Source: a virus
Lineage: Duplodnaviria > Caudoviricetes
Virus record (IMG/VR): IMGVR_UViG_3300001279_000002
Span: 1 to 57,354 of that record
DNA length: 57,354 bases
Reading direction: 5' to 3' (one strand)
Of the stretch, positions 46,429 to 56,148 are shown piece by piece (the first letter of the stretch is position 1; each line of letters opens with the position of its first letter). The notes below the pieces were generated by a model that saw only the letters and a program-made list of their open reading frames with translations, had not been told where the DNA came from and made no database searches. A program made the translations under genes and the position numbers.

Positions 46429-48864
46429 TTATGCAGGCGGAGGGGCTCCCGCGCCTGTGAGCTGGGCGAGATGCGCCAGCAATTCGGGGGGCAGGTGGCT
46501 CAGGCCAGAAAGCGGGCCGCCCAGGGGCTGCGGACCCCGAAGGGGACTGACGGGCGGCATGTGGCCGTCCATCGCAGGAGCCACAGCGGGGGCCCCTGGA
46601 TGGGGTTGCCCAAGAACAGTCAACGCCAGCGGCCCAACAGGCTCCTGGCCCATATGGCCCCCCATTGGCGCCTGATGAGGCATTCCGCCCCCGAGAGGGG
46701 TATTCATGTGCGCGTCTATTTCGGACGCCAGCAAATCGCGCTTGGCGTGGGATACGGCCGTGTCTCCTGCGACGCCAGCCGCCTGGGCGAGCGCCAAAAC
46801 CGTAAGCGCCCGGATGCGGTCTGTCTCCGCCGCGTCCTTTTCCGTTGGGGCCGGGGGAGGCGTTGGCCCCTTGCCTTGTCCCGCCGTCGCAGCCTTGGCC
46901 ATGAGCTCGTGAGCCTTGGCCTGATCCAACCCAATGCCCGCAATCGTCCGCTGCGCCGTGGCCTGATCCTTCGCCGCCTGCGCCTGCTGTTGGGCGACGG
47001 CCGCCTGTATGGCCGCCAGCTGCGCCTGCGCCGTCTGCTGGGCGACGGGGTCAGGCGCTTTCTGCAGCAAGCCCTTGAGCGATTCGATAAGCCGCGATGG
47101 CAAGGGGCTATATTCGAGAATCATTACAACGACTTCAGGCGTCAGCATCTGCGCGAACATGGGGAGGATCGTCACCAGCAACGCCCAGGTCTCTTGTTTT
47201 TGATTCGGCGACGTCGGCGCGTCGTCAATAATAACGTCATATTTGCCCAGGGTTTTTTCACGGATAAGCGGAACGAGTTCGAAGCCCTCTTGCCCAGCGA
47301 TGCGGATGATCCGGCCGTCGCTCAGATATTCCTGAATGAAAAACAGGCGGACGCGGCCGACCTGCTTGCGGAACCGGCGCAAGGCGTCGAACAGGCCCGC
47401 CAGGATCGTCATGGCCGCCTCTTTCCGCTTTTGCTCCAACACTCCGGGCTGATTTATGTCGCGTTGCCCCAACAGCTCTGGGTTGAGCCCTGTCACGGCC
47501 GGGATGCTGTTGACGGCGAACTCCAACAGCTGTTGATACGCCTGGGGTATCCCCTGCCCAGGCTTGGCCGTTATCTTGCCCTTGCTGATCGCGCCATTCG
47601 CAACCCACGTGATGCTGTCAGGCTGGGCGTATGTCTCCTCCGCCTCACGCTGATCTGGAAAGGCGTCTTCTTCCGCCAGCACGCCGCCCTTGGCCGTCGT
47701 GTTGAGGATGTGCAGGGTCTGTGACAGCCACTTATTTGCCCACATTTGCGGATCGCGCATAAGCCGAACGAGGCCAAACCACACGCCCCGGTTTCTGTCT
47801 TTTTCCCCGGTTATACAATTGAAAGTAAAGCGGTCCTCACACGGCCCAACGCGCACGCCGTCAAGGATTTGAGCGCCCAGGAACGCCTGCTTATAGACGC
47901 GGCGCGTCATTTGAATCGCCTTGATGGGCATGCCCAGGAGCGCCGCGCGCCTTGAAAGCTGTTGATACTGCTTTTCATCCAAATCCACAGGGCGAGCCGC
48001 GCGCGGATCAGCGACGCGCCAGTATTTCTCACGCTCCCACCACTGGACTTGCACAATGTGAACCTCTGTGCGGCGGTCGAAGTCGCCCGCTTTTGGTTCT
48101 GTATTGCGAAATTTCTTTTCCTCGTACGACTTTGTCGGCTCTGTCTGACCGGCGTATCTCGCCCAGGTGCAATCTAGCTCCTCCGGGGGATAGTCCGGAA
48201 AGCGCGCCATCGCCTCATCTAAGGCGAATTTTCGAACGCGCCAGAGGCGCTTGGCGTCGGCCAAATTCTTAGCCCGCGCGTTCTTGTCCCAATACATTTC
48301 GAGAGGGTCAATTTTCTCTTCGATGTAGATTCCCTCTGGGTCCTGCTCGAAGTCCAGCCGCGCCTCGGTGAACCCCATGCCGCAGATAACCGCATCCTGA
48401 AACGCCTCGGACTGTTCGTCCTCAGCGTCGCAGCCGTCGCTCATCCACTGGGAGGCTTGGTTCAGGAGTTCGTTGGCTTTCACCGCGCCCACGTCGTTGC
48501 CCCTGGGGAGATAGGTAGTCTCGTGGCGGCCGTTAATCTCGATCCCAGCCACGCTTTTGATGATCGCAATCGCCCGGTTAAACACAATCGCCGGGCGCCG
48601 CTGCTCCTCCAAGACGCGTTTGTCTTCAGGGCTCCACTGCTCTCCGGCGACAAAATCATATTCTTCATGAGCGCGCTTGCGCCACTCCGCGCTGTGCGTG
48701 GCGTCGTCTTCGAACCAATGCCGAAGCACCACATACAGCGTCTCTTCATCGAGCCCGCTGGGCTCCTTACGCGTATCGTGCTCAGTGTCCGGGTCAAGCT
48801 CCGTCGCCGGGTCTATCGTCGCGTCAAACGCGGGAAATGAAGACTTAAGCGCGGAGGAATCCAT
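46429..48864 (-). CDS. Portal protein (P22-like, long C-terminal barrel)
   Basis: FVAGEQW...RPAIVFN, AFQDAVICGMG, GLVRLMRDPQ..NK, GKYDVIID..PTSP, Gln/Ala-rich tail. Confidence 0.9.
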   Translation of the reverse strand: MDSSALKSSFPAFDATIDPATELDPDTEHDTRKEPSGLDEETLYVVLRHWFEDDATHSAEWRKRAHEEYDFVAGEQWSPEDKRVLEEQRRPAIVFNRAIAIIKSVAGIEINGRHETTYLPRGNDVGAVKANELLNQASQWMSDGCDAEDEQSEAFQDAVICGMGFTEARLDFEQDPEGIYIEEKIDPLEMYWDKNARAKNLADAKRLWRVRKFALDEAMARFPDYPPEELDCTWARYAGQTEPTKSYEEKKFRNTEPKAGDFDRRTEVHIVQVQWWEREKYWRVADPRAARPVDLDEKQYQQLSRRAALLGMPIKAIQMTRRVYKQAFLGAQILDGVRVGPCEDRFTFNCITGEKDRNRGVWFGLVRLMRDPQMWANKWLSQTLHILNTTAKGGVLAEEDAFPDQREAEETYAQPDSITWVANGAISKGKITAKPGQGIPQAYQQLLEFAVNSIPAVTGLNPELLGQRDINQPGVLEQKRKEAAMTILAGLFDALRRFRKQVGRVRLFFIQEYLSDGRIIRIAGQEGFELVPLIREKTLGKYDVIIDDAPTSPNQKQETWALLVTILPMFAQMLTPEVVVMILEYSPLPSRLIESLKGLLQKAPDPVAQQTAQAQLAAIQAAVAQQQAQAAKDQATAQRTIAGIGLDQAKAHELMAKAATAGQGKGPTPPPAPTEKDAAETDRIRALTVLALAQAAGVAGDTAVSHAKRDLLASEIDAHMNTPLGGGMPHQAPMGGHMGQEPVGPLALTVLGQPHPGAPAVAPAMDGHMPPVSPLRGPQPLGGPLSGLSHLPPELLAHLAQLTGAGAPPPA

Positions 48865-48868
48865 GAGG

Positions 48869-49120
48869 CTAAACCTTTTCCTTGGCCTTCCTGGCGGGTT
48901 TTTCCGGAGGCGTCGCCTGTTGTTTTACAGCAATGACAATGAGCTTAGCAATGCGTGAGGCTAAATCCGCGCGCGCATTTGGGTGCAGCGGCGTGTCAAA
49001 GTAGTAGCGGTTCTCCGCCGCCCACTCCGTTATGAGGCGCTCCGCCTCGCCCAGGGGGGATGTCTGGGGCTCCTGCCAAGCGTCTATCTGCTCCTCCGTG
49101 AGTTCGGGATTGATCGCCAT
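48869..49120 (-). CDS. Hypothetical protein
   Basis: GGAG RBS before MAINPEL; immediately upstream of portal. Confidence 0.5.
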   Translation of the reverse strand: MAINPELTEEQIDAWQEPQTSPLGEAERLITEWAAENRYYFDTPLHPNARADLASRIAKLIVIAVKQQATPPEKPARKAKEKV

Positions 49121-49259
49121 GCGTGGGGCTCCATCGGCTGTGCGCGGCGTGGATCGCGGCGCGTGGATCGCGATGTTAGGCGTCGGCGCGGCGGGGGGCA
49201 AGGCGTTCGCCCAGGGGAGGGCCGCCCCTGGGGCAATCCACAAAACCCCGGTTCGCGAA

Positions 49260-49710
49260 TTGATTCCCCTATATGCTGCACGTATAGACTAACGTATATA
49301 TGATATATATACCACTATATACGTTAGTCTATATGCTCCCCTCATATGTGGATCGATTTACATATATATGTGTGGATTAGTTACTCATACATATACATAT
49401 CAATAGGTTAGCTTGGATTTCAAACCAAAAAAGGCCCCAAAATGACCCTGAATCGTGGATTTGCTCCAAACGATCCTCAAAAAACCGTGGATCAAACCAA
49501 ACCAAACCAAAGGCAGAGGGGTTTTTGGCGTCCGGAGGCGCTCCCCCTGGGCAAACAGGGCGGGGCCGTATGCAGCAATGCGGCGCGCCGAAGAATATTC
49601 GTTTGTGCTGATATTTTGGATCGTTTGGATCAAATCCCCGATTTTGGAGCGCCAAACCAAACCAAACCAAACCAAACCAAACCAAAAAGCGCCCCGTAAA
49701 AGGGGCGCTG
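49260..49710. other. Putative replication origin B / packaging-related cis element
   Basis: TATAGACTAACGTATATA..TATATACGTTAGTCTATA palindrome, AT-rich, (CCAAA)n arrays at ~49493 and ~49652; inverted homology with 31465-31610. Confidence 0.55.
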
Positions 49711-49903
49711 GTTGTGGCGTCAGGCTGACTGTTTGATAATCACGCCCGACGCCCTGGCCAAAACCGGCCTCAATCTGGCCAAAACCGGCCTCAGTCAAGA
49801 AAAGAATCTCATTGAAATCAACAGATTGTCTCTTGAAACACCCTTGCCGACGGTCGCCAGTCAAATAAGCCTTAAATAAATTCACCATTAGTCAAAAAAC
49901 CAC

Positions 49904-49932
49904 TTTACAATGGCCGAAGCTCCCGCTAAAAA
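49904..49932 (+). promoter_or_regulatory. Phage consensus promoter copy
   Basis: TTAGTCAAAAAA upstream, TTTACA-ATGGCCGAAGCTCCCGC-TAAAAA. Confidence 0.75.
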
Positions 49933-49967
49933 GGTGTTGCAGCCAACGCCAGCAGGGAGCCCACAAC

Positions 49968-52361
49968 ATGAGCCGATACATCACTTTAACCACTGACGCC
50001 GCCGCCTTCCGCGTATCCTTCGACTATGACGCTGCGCTTGTCGCCGCCATCAAATCGGCGATCGACTACAAGGCGCGCAGCTTTGTGAAAGAGAACCGTG
50101 GCGGCCATTGGGTTGTGAACACGTCTGCCGCCGCCATCCTGGCCAAGTTCGCCGTGGATCACGCCTTTAGCGTCGAGGAAACGGCCGCCGACAAAATCAA
50201 GGCGCTCCTCTCCGCCCCTGCCGTTCCCGCCATCGCCCTCCCCCACATAACCGCCCGCACGCTCCAGGGCGAAATCGTCGCCTTTCATATCCGCACGCCA
50301 GGGTTTGACGCAGAGCAGAACGCCGTCATTAAGTCCGCTGGCGGGGCCAAGTGGAATGGGGACGGCAAATATTGGGACGTTCCTTTTTCCCGCGCCGCCA
50401 TAACCGCCGTTGAGGCCCTCGCCCACGGCTTTGGCCTGACGATCGCCCCTGACCTCGCCCAGGCCGTAAACGCCGCGCTGGCGGCTCAAGATAGCGTCAT
50501 TGGCCTGTCCGCCGCTCACGACGCCGATATCCAAATCCCGGCGCCGGACGGCCTCGCCTACCTGGGCTATCAAAAGGCGGGCATTGCCTACGCCGCCCAG
50601 AAAAAGAGCTGCATAATCGGGGATGAACCCGGCCTGGGCAAAACGATCCAAGCCATCGGCGCCAGCAATCTGGACCCCGCCGCCCGCCGCATTCTCGTGA
50701 TCTGCCCCGCCTCGCTTAAGATCAACTGGGCGCGGGAGTGGGATAAGTGGTGTGTAAAGGGCCTCCGCGTCGAGATCGTGAAGAACGGCAAGCCTGAAAG
50801 CTGGCCCGCCCGCGCTGACGTCGTGATCATCAATTATGACCTCGTTGGCAAGCACGGCGACGCCATTTTCGCCCAGAGCTGGGACATGCTGATCGTCGAC
50901 GAAGCCCACAACCTGAAGAACCCGAAGACGAAGCGCACGAAGAATATCCTGGGGCTGCGCGCTCGTGACGGCGGATGGGAGGAAACCCCTATCCCGGCCA
51001 AGCGAATTCTCCTCCTGACTGGCACGGCTATCGTTAACCGCCCTATCGAGCTATGGACTCTCGTGTCGGCCGTCAACCCTTCGCGCTTCAACAACTTTTT
51101 CGCATTTGCGAAACGCTATTGCGATGCGAAGCAGGACGGATATGGCTGGAATTTCAGTGGGGCCAGCAACTTAGGCGAGCTGCACGCGGAGCTGCGCGCC
51201 AACTGCATGGTGCGGCGCAAGAAAGCCGATGTGCTGACGGAGCTCCCAGCTAAGACGCGCCAGATCGTCCGTGTCGAGTGCACGGCGGCCGTGAAGAAAG
51301 AGACCAAGACGCGCGACAGGCTGACGCGCCGTCTGATCGAGCTTGAAGCCGCCAAGCTGCTCGCCTTCCTGGGCGATGACCGCGACGCCTACACATACGC
51401 GGTTGAGGACCTGAAATCAGCCCAGGCGACGGCGTTCGCGGAAATGTCGAAGCTTCGCCACGCTACGGCGCTCGCCAAATTGCCGGAGGTTATCGCCCTT
51501 GTGCGCGAGTCCTTGGAGCAGGGCAAGGTGATTCTGTTCGCGCACCATGCCGACGTCATTGACGCCCTTGCGGCCGAATTCGGGGACTCCGCCGTCGTTA
51601 TTGATGGCCGTACGCCTCTCGATCGCCGTCAGGCCGCCGTTGACCGCTTCCAGACTGACGACTCTTGCGTGGTCTGCATCGCCTCTATCCAGGCCGCTGG
51701 CGTCGGGCTCACGCTTACCGCGTCGAGCCATGTCATTTTCGCGGAACTCGATTGGGTTCCTGGCAACATGACGCAGGCCGAAGACCGCGCCCATCGGATT
51801 GGCCAGCGCGAAAACGTTCTGGTCTGGCATGTCGTCGCCGACGGCAGCATTGACGCCCACATGGCGAAGATGATCGTCCGCAAGCAAAGGACGATAGACG
51901 CTGCTCTGGACGCCGGGGAGGTCGAAGCGCGGCGCGTCGACCTCCCCGGCGCTGTCGACACGGAGGAACTGTCGCCTGTGGCCAACGTGATCCCCGAGTT
52001 CGTCACTGTGTCGAGCGCCGAAGTTAACGCGTGGCTCGCCCAGGGGAGCGCCGAACGCGTCGACGCGACGGTTGCCCGCGCCACGCAGCGCGCCGCAGAC
52101 AGGGGTTTTGGCCGCGAAGCCGCAGAGATGACGCCGGAGCAGATCGCCGCCGTGCGCATCAACCTGGGCGCGCTCGTGGCTGTCTGCGACGGCGCGGTTG
52201 AAAACGACGCCATGGGATTTTCCGGCGTCGACGCAAAGGTTGGTCACGCCCTGGCGCGGCTTGCCGAACTTGAGCCCATTCAGGCCGCCTATGCGCGGGC
52301 GATGCTGGGCAAGTACAAGCGCCAGTTGGGCGTGGAAGCCGTTAACGCAATGTGGAGCTAA
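49968..52361 (+). CDS. SNF2-family (SMARCAL1/HARP-like) helicase (second copy)
   Basis: GDEPGLGKT, VDEAH, LTGT, QAEDRAHRIGQ; two N-terminal HARP-like repeats. Confidence 0.92.
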   Translation: MSRYITLTTDAAAFRVSFDYDAALVAAIKSAIDYKARSFVKENRGGHWVVNTSAAAILAKFAVDHAFSVEETAADKIKALLSAPAVPAIALPHITARTLQGEIVAFHIRTPGFDAEQNAVIKSAGGAKWNGDGKYWDVPFSRAAITAVEALAHGFGLTIAPDLAQAVNAALAAQDSVIGLSAAHDADIQIPAPDGLAYLGYQKAGIAYAAQKKSCIIGDEPGLGKTIQAIGASNLDPAARRILVICPASLKINWAREWDKWCVKGLRVEIVKNGKPESWPARADVVIINYDLVGKHGDAIFAQSWDMLIVDEAHNLKNPKTKRTKNILGLRARDGGWEETPIPAKRILLLTGTAIVNRPIELWTLVSAVNPSRFNNFFAFAKRYCDAKQDGYGWNFSGASNLGELHAELRANCMVRRKKADVLTELPAKTRQIVRVECTAAVKKETKTRDRLTRRLIELEAAKLLAFLGDDRDAYTYAVEDLKSAQATAFAEMSKLRHATALAKLPEVIALVRESLEQGKVILFAHHADVIDALAAEFGDSAVVIDGRTPLDRRQAAVDRFQTDDSCVVCIASIQAAGVGLTLTASSHVIFAELDWVPGNMTQAEDRAHRIGQRENVLVWHVVADGSIDAHMAKMIVRKQRTIDAALDAGEVEARRVDLPGAVDTEELSPVANVIPEFVTVSSAEVNAWLAQGSAERVDATVARATQRAADRGFGREAAEMTPEQIAAVRINLGALVAVCDGAVENDAMGFSGVDAKVGHALARLAELEPIQAAYARAMLGKYKRQLGVEAVNAMWS

Positions 52362-52364
52362 ACT

Positions 52365-52646
52365 ATGCAGTTACCAGAAATAAACGAGCGCCGTTGCGCG
52401 CTCGTCGTCTTTTCCTACATGGGTCTGATGCTGGCGGTTGGCGTCGCCAGCGAGTTTGCCCAGAGCGCGGCCCTGTCCTGGCTGGCGCTTCGCCTGGGGC
52501 TGTTCTTCCTCTGGGTGGTCTATGTGTTCGCCATCGTCGTCTGCATGCTCGCCCTGGGCAAGATCCTGCAGGAGGCGTTTTCGTTCGCCCAGAGGGCGGC
52601 CGTGCGCTTCGCCGACTCCGTTGTCGACGTCATGCAAAAATTCTAA
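52365..52646 (+). CDS. Two-TM membrane protein
   Basis: GGAG RBS; two hydrophobic segments. Confidence 0.55.
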   Translation: MQLPEINERRCALVVFSYMGLMLAVGVASEFAQSAALSWLALRLGLFFLWVVYVFAIVVCMLALGKILQEAFSFAQRAAVRFADSVVDVMQKF

Positions 52647-52665
52647 CCATTAGTCAAAAAATCGC

Positions 52666-52694
52666 TTTACAATGGCCGAAGCGTCCGCTACAAA
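52666..52694 (+). promoter_or_regulatory. Phage consensus promoter copy
   Basis: TTTACA-ATGGCCGAAGCGTCCGC-TACAAA. Confidence 0.75.
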
Positions 52695-52737
52695 GGAGAC
52701 ACAGCAGACAACAACGCCAGACACGGAGCCCAACGAA

Positions 52738-53019
52738 ATGAAGAATTTCCTCCTCACCGTCACCAGCGCCGCCAACGCCCTCCCAGTCACGCACAGCGTC
52801 CTGGCGCATGACTACGCTGAAGCCTGTCATGGCGTCTGGCTGGAGCTGTGCCGCGCAAACCCTGACCTGAATGTGTGGATGGCGGTTAAGAGCTGGTGTT
52901 GGGCCCCGTCCGTCGACGGGAGCGTGATCGATCCGACAGCCTTCGAAAATGTCAGCTTCGATCCATACACGGCGCGCATCACCGATATCATCCCGCGTGA
53001 GGATATGTTCGCCCACTAA
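52738..53019 (+). CDS. Hypothetical early protein
   Basis: Follows promoter and GGAG RBS. Confidence 0.6.
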   Translation: MKNFLLTVTSAANALPVTHSVLAHDYAEACHGVWLELCRANPDLNVWMAVKSWCWAPSVDGSVIDPTAFENVSFDPYTARITDIIPREDMFAH

Positions 53020-53080
53020 GTCGACAACAGGGAGGGGCGAGGGCCTCTCCCACAACTCACACAAACGAGGCCCGCACGGC

Positions 53081-53308
53081 ATGCCCGAACCCCAAGACAC
53101 AACCCACCTTGTTGCGATCCACGAGCGCCTTTGCCGGGAGCGCCGCCGACTGGCGGAATCGAAGCAGCCAGAGGAGCGCGCGCTTCGCTCCGAGTGGGTG
53201 AGGCAGAACGAAAACGAACTTGCTGCGGAGCTGGCGCGCCTGGGCGTGCCTTTGGACGACTTGCCGGAAATGAGCGATGACGAACTTTTGGAGGAGCTTT
53301 TCAAATGA
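53081..53308 (+). CDS. Hypothetical early protein
   Basis: THLVAIHERL..ER.RL...MSDDELLEEL. Confidence 0.6.
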   Translation: MPEPQDTTHLVAIHERLCRERRRLAESKQPEERALRSEWVRQNENELAAELARLGVPLDDLPEMSDDELLEELFK

Positions 53309-54057
53309 AAAAATCTAGGTTTAATAGAATTGTCGGGTACACTGAGGAGTACATGTCTAAAAAAGGGAGTCTTCTTGATTTTGACGGGAATATCACAGGC
53401 GATAACCGCTTGTATTTTCCAGAAAGGCGAAAGACAGCGTTATGTAAAAATGCTGATATCAGCATTCATTTTGGGGACCTAGAAACACCGCTTTTAAAAT
53501 ATATCGACGAGGCAGATTGTATTATTGGTTGTGTTGCATGGCTAACAAATAAGCCTGTACTTATGGCATTGTCCAAAAAGGAAGTCGTGTCGATAGTTGT
53601 ACAAAAAGAAGATTTTCTTAGGCCGGATAGTGGAAAATGGTTCAGAGATGACCTGCGCAAGTTATATGCAAGACTAAAAACCACAGATCGTTATTACATA
53701 AGCCGTATTCCTCTATCCATATGCTGTGACCCAACGATTGATGCTATTAGGTGTGTAGGGGTTTGCCCAGATGGGCACGCCCCTGCTGTCCCAAGAATGC
53801 ATCATAAATTTCTTGTCTTTTGCAAGTATGACGATACAGCGCGCTGCGCAAATACCTGTATTTCCGAGTACGCTGTGTGGACAGGGTCATTTAACATAAC
53901 GCACAATGCAACAATGTCCATAGAGAACTCCGTGTATATTAGGGACACGGAAATAGCTGGTGTGTATAGAGCAGAGTACGAACATATATTGGCCATGTCG
54001 GAGCCTCTAAACTGGGATTCTCGATGGGTATCCCCAGAATATCGGATTGGGTCATGA
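53305..54057 (+). CDS. Phospholipase D-superfamily (Nuc-like) protein
   Basis: GCVAWLTN, MHHKFLV (HxK), VWTGSFN, EN; AT-rich. Confidence 0.8.
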   Translation: MKKSRFNRIVGYTEEYMSKKGSLLDFDGNITGDNRLYFPERRKTALCKNADISIHFGDLETPLLKYIDEADCIIGCVAWLTNKPVLMALSKKEVVSIVVQKEDFLRPDSGKWFRDDLRKLYARLKTTDRYYISRIPLSICCDPTIDAIRCVGVCPDGHAPAVPRMHHKFLVFCKYDDTARCANTCISEYAVWTGSFNITHNATMSIENSVYIRDTEIAGVYRAEYEHILAMSEPLNWDSRWVSPEYRIGS

Positions 54058-54347
54058 CAAAATCAAACCTCTCCTCTCGCATCCTCTCCGTTCCCATCGC
54101 CCAGGGGGAGGCCCGCGAGCGCCTTATCAAGACGCTGCAGCTGATCCACCGCGAGACGGGCGGAACCATGAACCTGCACGCCAGTTTCTGCGCCGCCGCC
54201 TTCAAAGCGTACGTCGAAGCTCAAGCCGCATGCGACGCCGCGCGCAAGGCGTACGCGAAGGCCCTAGACGCCGTTGACGCGGCCGCGTCGGAGACAACTA
54301 AGGCGCGGATTGAATTAGGAAAGCGCTTTCTTAAGGAGCCCAAATGA
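54054..54347 (+). CDS. Hypothetical protein
   Basis: ATGA overlaps on both sides. Confidence 0.55.
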   Translation: MTKSNLSSRILSVPIAQGEARERLIKTLQLIHRETGGTMNLHASFCAAAFKAYVEAQAACDAARKAYAKALDAVDAAASETTKARIELGKRFLKEPK

Positions 54348-54637
54348 AACGAAAGCCCATCAAACTCATGACGCCAGACGAGCGCCGCGCCTACAACCGC
54401 GCCACACAAAAGCGCAGGCGTGAGAGGATCAAAGCTGACCCGGAGCTTGCCCGGAAAGAAGCCCAGAGGAACGCAGAGCATACGGCGCGATGGCTCGCCA
54501 AAGTCAAGGCGGACCCGGAGCGGCGTGCAGCGTATGAGGAGCTGCACCGCGCCAGGAATCATGAAAAATACTGGCGGCGTAAAAATTCACCACAAGTAGA
54601 AAATAGTTGTTTACAACGGCCGAAAAACCAGCCATAA
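54344..54637 (+). CDS. Basic helical hypothetical protein
   Basis: AAGGAG RBS; Arg/Lys-rich with internal KADPE repeat. Confidence 0.55.
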   Translation: MKRKPIKLMTPDERRAYNRATQKRRRERIKADPELARKEAQRNAEHTARWLAKVKADPERRAAYEELHRARNHEKYWRRKNSPQVENSCLQRPKNQP

Positions 54638-54638
54638 A
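54610..54638 (+). promoter_or_regulatory. Phage consensus promoter copy
   Basis: TTTACA-ACGGCCGAAAAACCAGC-CATAAA. Confidence 0.75.
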
Positions 54639-54681
54639 GGTGTTGCAGACGCAGACAAACGCCAGACACGGAGACAGCCAC

Positions 54682-56148
54682 ATGAAAAAGTTTCTCGACT
54701 CCATCCTCTTTGTTGAAACCCGCCTCCGCAGCATCGGCGGAGAGCAGCTTATCGATCGCGCCGATCAATGCGCCTCCTGGGCTCGCCAGATCGCCGCAAC
54801 CTCTGGCGTCGTCGACGACGCGCGCTTTGACGAGATTGACGCCGCCCTGGGCGAATTTCTCAGCATGGCGCGCGACGCTGACCCCCAGCTGACGGGGCTT
54901 CGCCGCGTCACGTTCCGCAAGGCTGGCGGCAAAGCGCATAGGGGAATCGTTCACGAGGGTTGCGAGCGCCCGTCCGCCGTCTGTGGTTGCCCAGGGGCTT
55001 CGAACGGCTCCCTGACGCAGGGCGCGGAGATTATCGCGGAGGGCTGGGAGAAGGCGAATTGCTGCCCCAATGATCGGCCGCGCAAGCGCCGCGTGCTGAA
55101 GCCCCTGAACGCTGTAAAGGCCCCAAAGGAAAAGGGCCCGATTATCCCGGCCGCCGCCAAAGCAGAAATGCGTTTCGCTCGCCAGTGCAGAGAGGCGGCG
55201 GCCAACTGGGCGAACGGCCACGGGTACAGCAAGAACGAACACGAAATTCACCGCAGCGTCGAGCATTTCAACAACGAAGCCAACGCCCACGAACAGCGCG
55301 CGGCTCAGATCATTGCGGAGGCCGAAGGCGTGAAGTCGATTGAAGACGAGCATGCGGAGAAAGCGGCCAAGGCCAGCGCTCCAAAGGCCCCACGCGTCCC
55401 CAAAGACGCCCAGGAATGCCAGAAGCGCTCAAAGGCGGCGTACGCCAGGGCGAAGGACTATGCGGCGGCCGGGGAGAAAGGCGCGGCCCATGAGGCCCGC
55501 ATAGCGGCCGGGGAATGGGCGCTTAAGGCGGAGCGCATCATTGCCCAGAAGGCGGCGACTTCCGCCGCCAAGGCCGAACGCGCCGCCGTCAAAGATCGGC
55601 TCGCCAACGGGAAGGCGACGCTTCGGGAGAAGCTTGGCGCCATGAGGCGCGCTGATCTGATGACGCTGGTCAAACAGCTTGGGTTCCTCCGCGCCGACGG
55701 TTCGGATGATCTTTCCAAAATGCCGGTTGAGTGGCTTCGCCGTCAGCTCAATGGGGCAGGCTACACAAGCACGGGCTCTGTGCCTGCGTCGATCATCCTT
55801 GGAATGGTTGACGGGCTCATTCAGGAGAAGGCGCGCCTTGCGGCGTCCATCGAGGCGGACAAGCGCGCCGAACTGGCGGCCGAAGACAAGGCCAACGCGG
55901 ACTTTGCCGCCTTCGCTGAAGAGCAGGCCGTTTATGTCGCCCGGCCGTCGAGCTCCGTCAACTGGGGCGTCTACAACACAGAGCGCAAATGCTTCGTCTA
56001 CAGTACGCATTGCGAGGATGCGGCCAAGACGGAGGCCGCCAGACGCAACGTCGCGTGGATTATGCAGGAGGACGACGCGGAGGATGTTTACGACAGTATG
56101 TCGTCAGAGGAAATCACGGGGAACAACGGGTTCGGAGGGCTTTTCTAA
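54682..56148 (+). CDS. Ala-rich multi-domain hypothetical early protein
   Basis: GGAG RBS before MKKFLD; H..CGCPG..C metal-binding-like segment; helical repeats. Confidence 0.7.
   Translation: MKKFLDSILFVETRLRSIGGEQLIDRADQCASWARQIAATSGVVDDARFDEIDAALGEFLSMARDADPQLTGLRRVTFRKAGGKAHRGIVHEGCERPSAVCGCPGASNGSLTQGAEIIAEGWEKANCCPNDRPRKRRVLKPLNAVKAPKEKGPIIPAAAKAEMRFARQCREAAANWANGHGYSKNEHEIHRSVEHFNNEANAHEQRAAQIIAEAEGVKSIEDEHAEKAAKASAPKAPRVPKDAQECQKRSKAAYARAKDYAAAGEKGAAHEARIAAGEWALKAERIIAQKAATSAAKAERAAVKDRLANGKATLREKLGAMRRADLMTLVKQLGFLRADGSDDLSKMPVEWLRRQLNGAGYTSTGSVPASIILGMVDGLIQEKARLAASIEADKRAELAAEDKANADFAAFAEEQAVYVARPSSSVNWGVYNTERKCFVYSTHCEDAAKTEAARRNVAWIMQEDDAEDVYDSMSSEEITGNNGFGGLF

Noticed and set aside
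49377-49888. ORFs with WFGLV / TKPNQ repeats
   Set aside because: Translation artefacts of the (CCAAA)n array in a non-coding cis element
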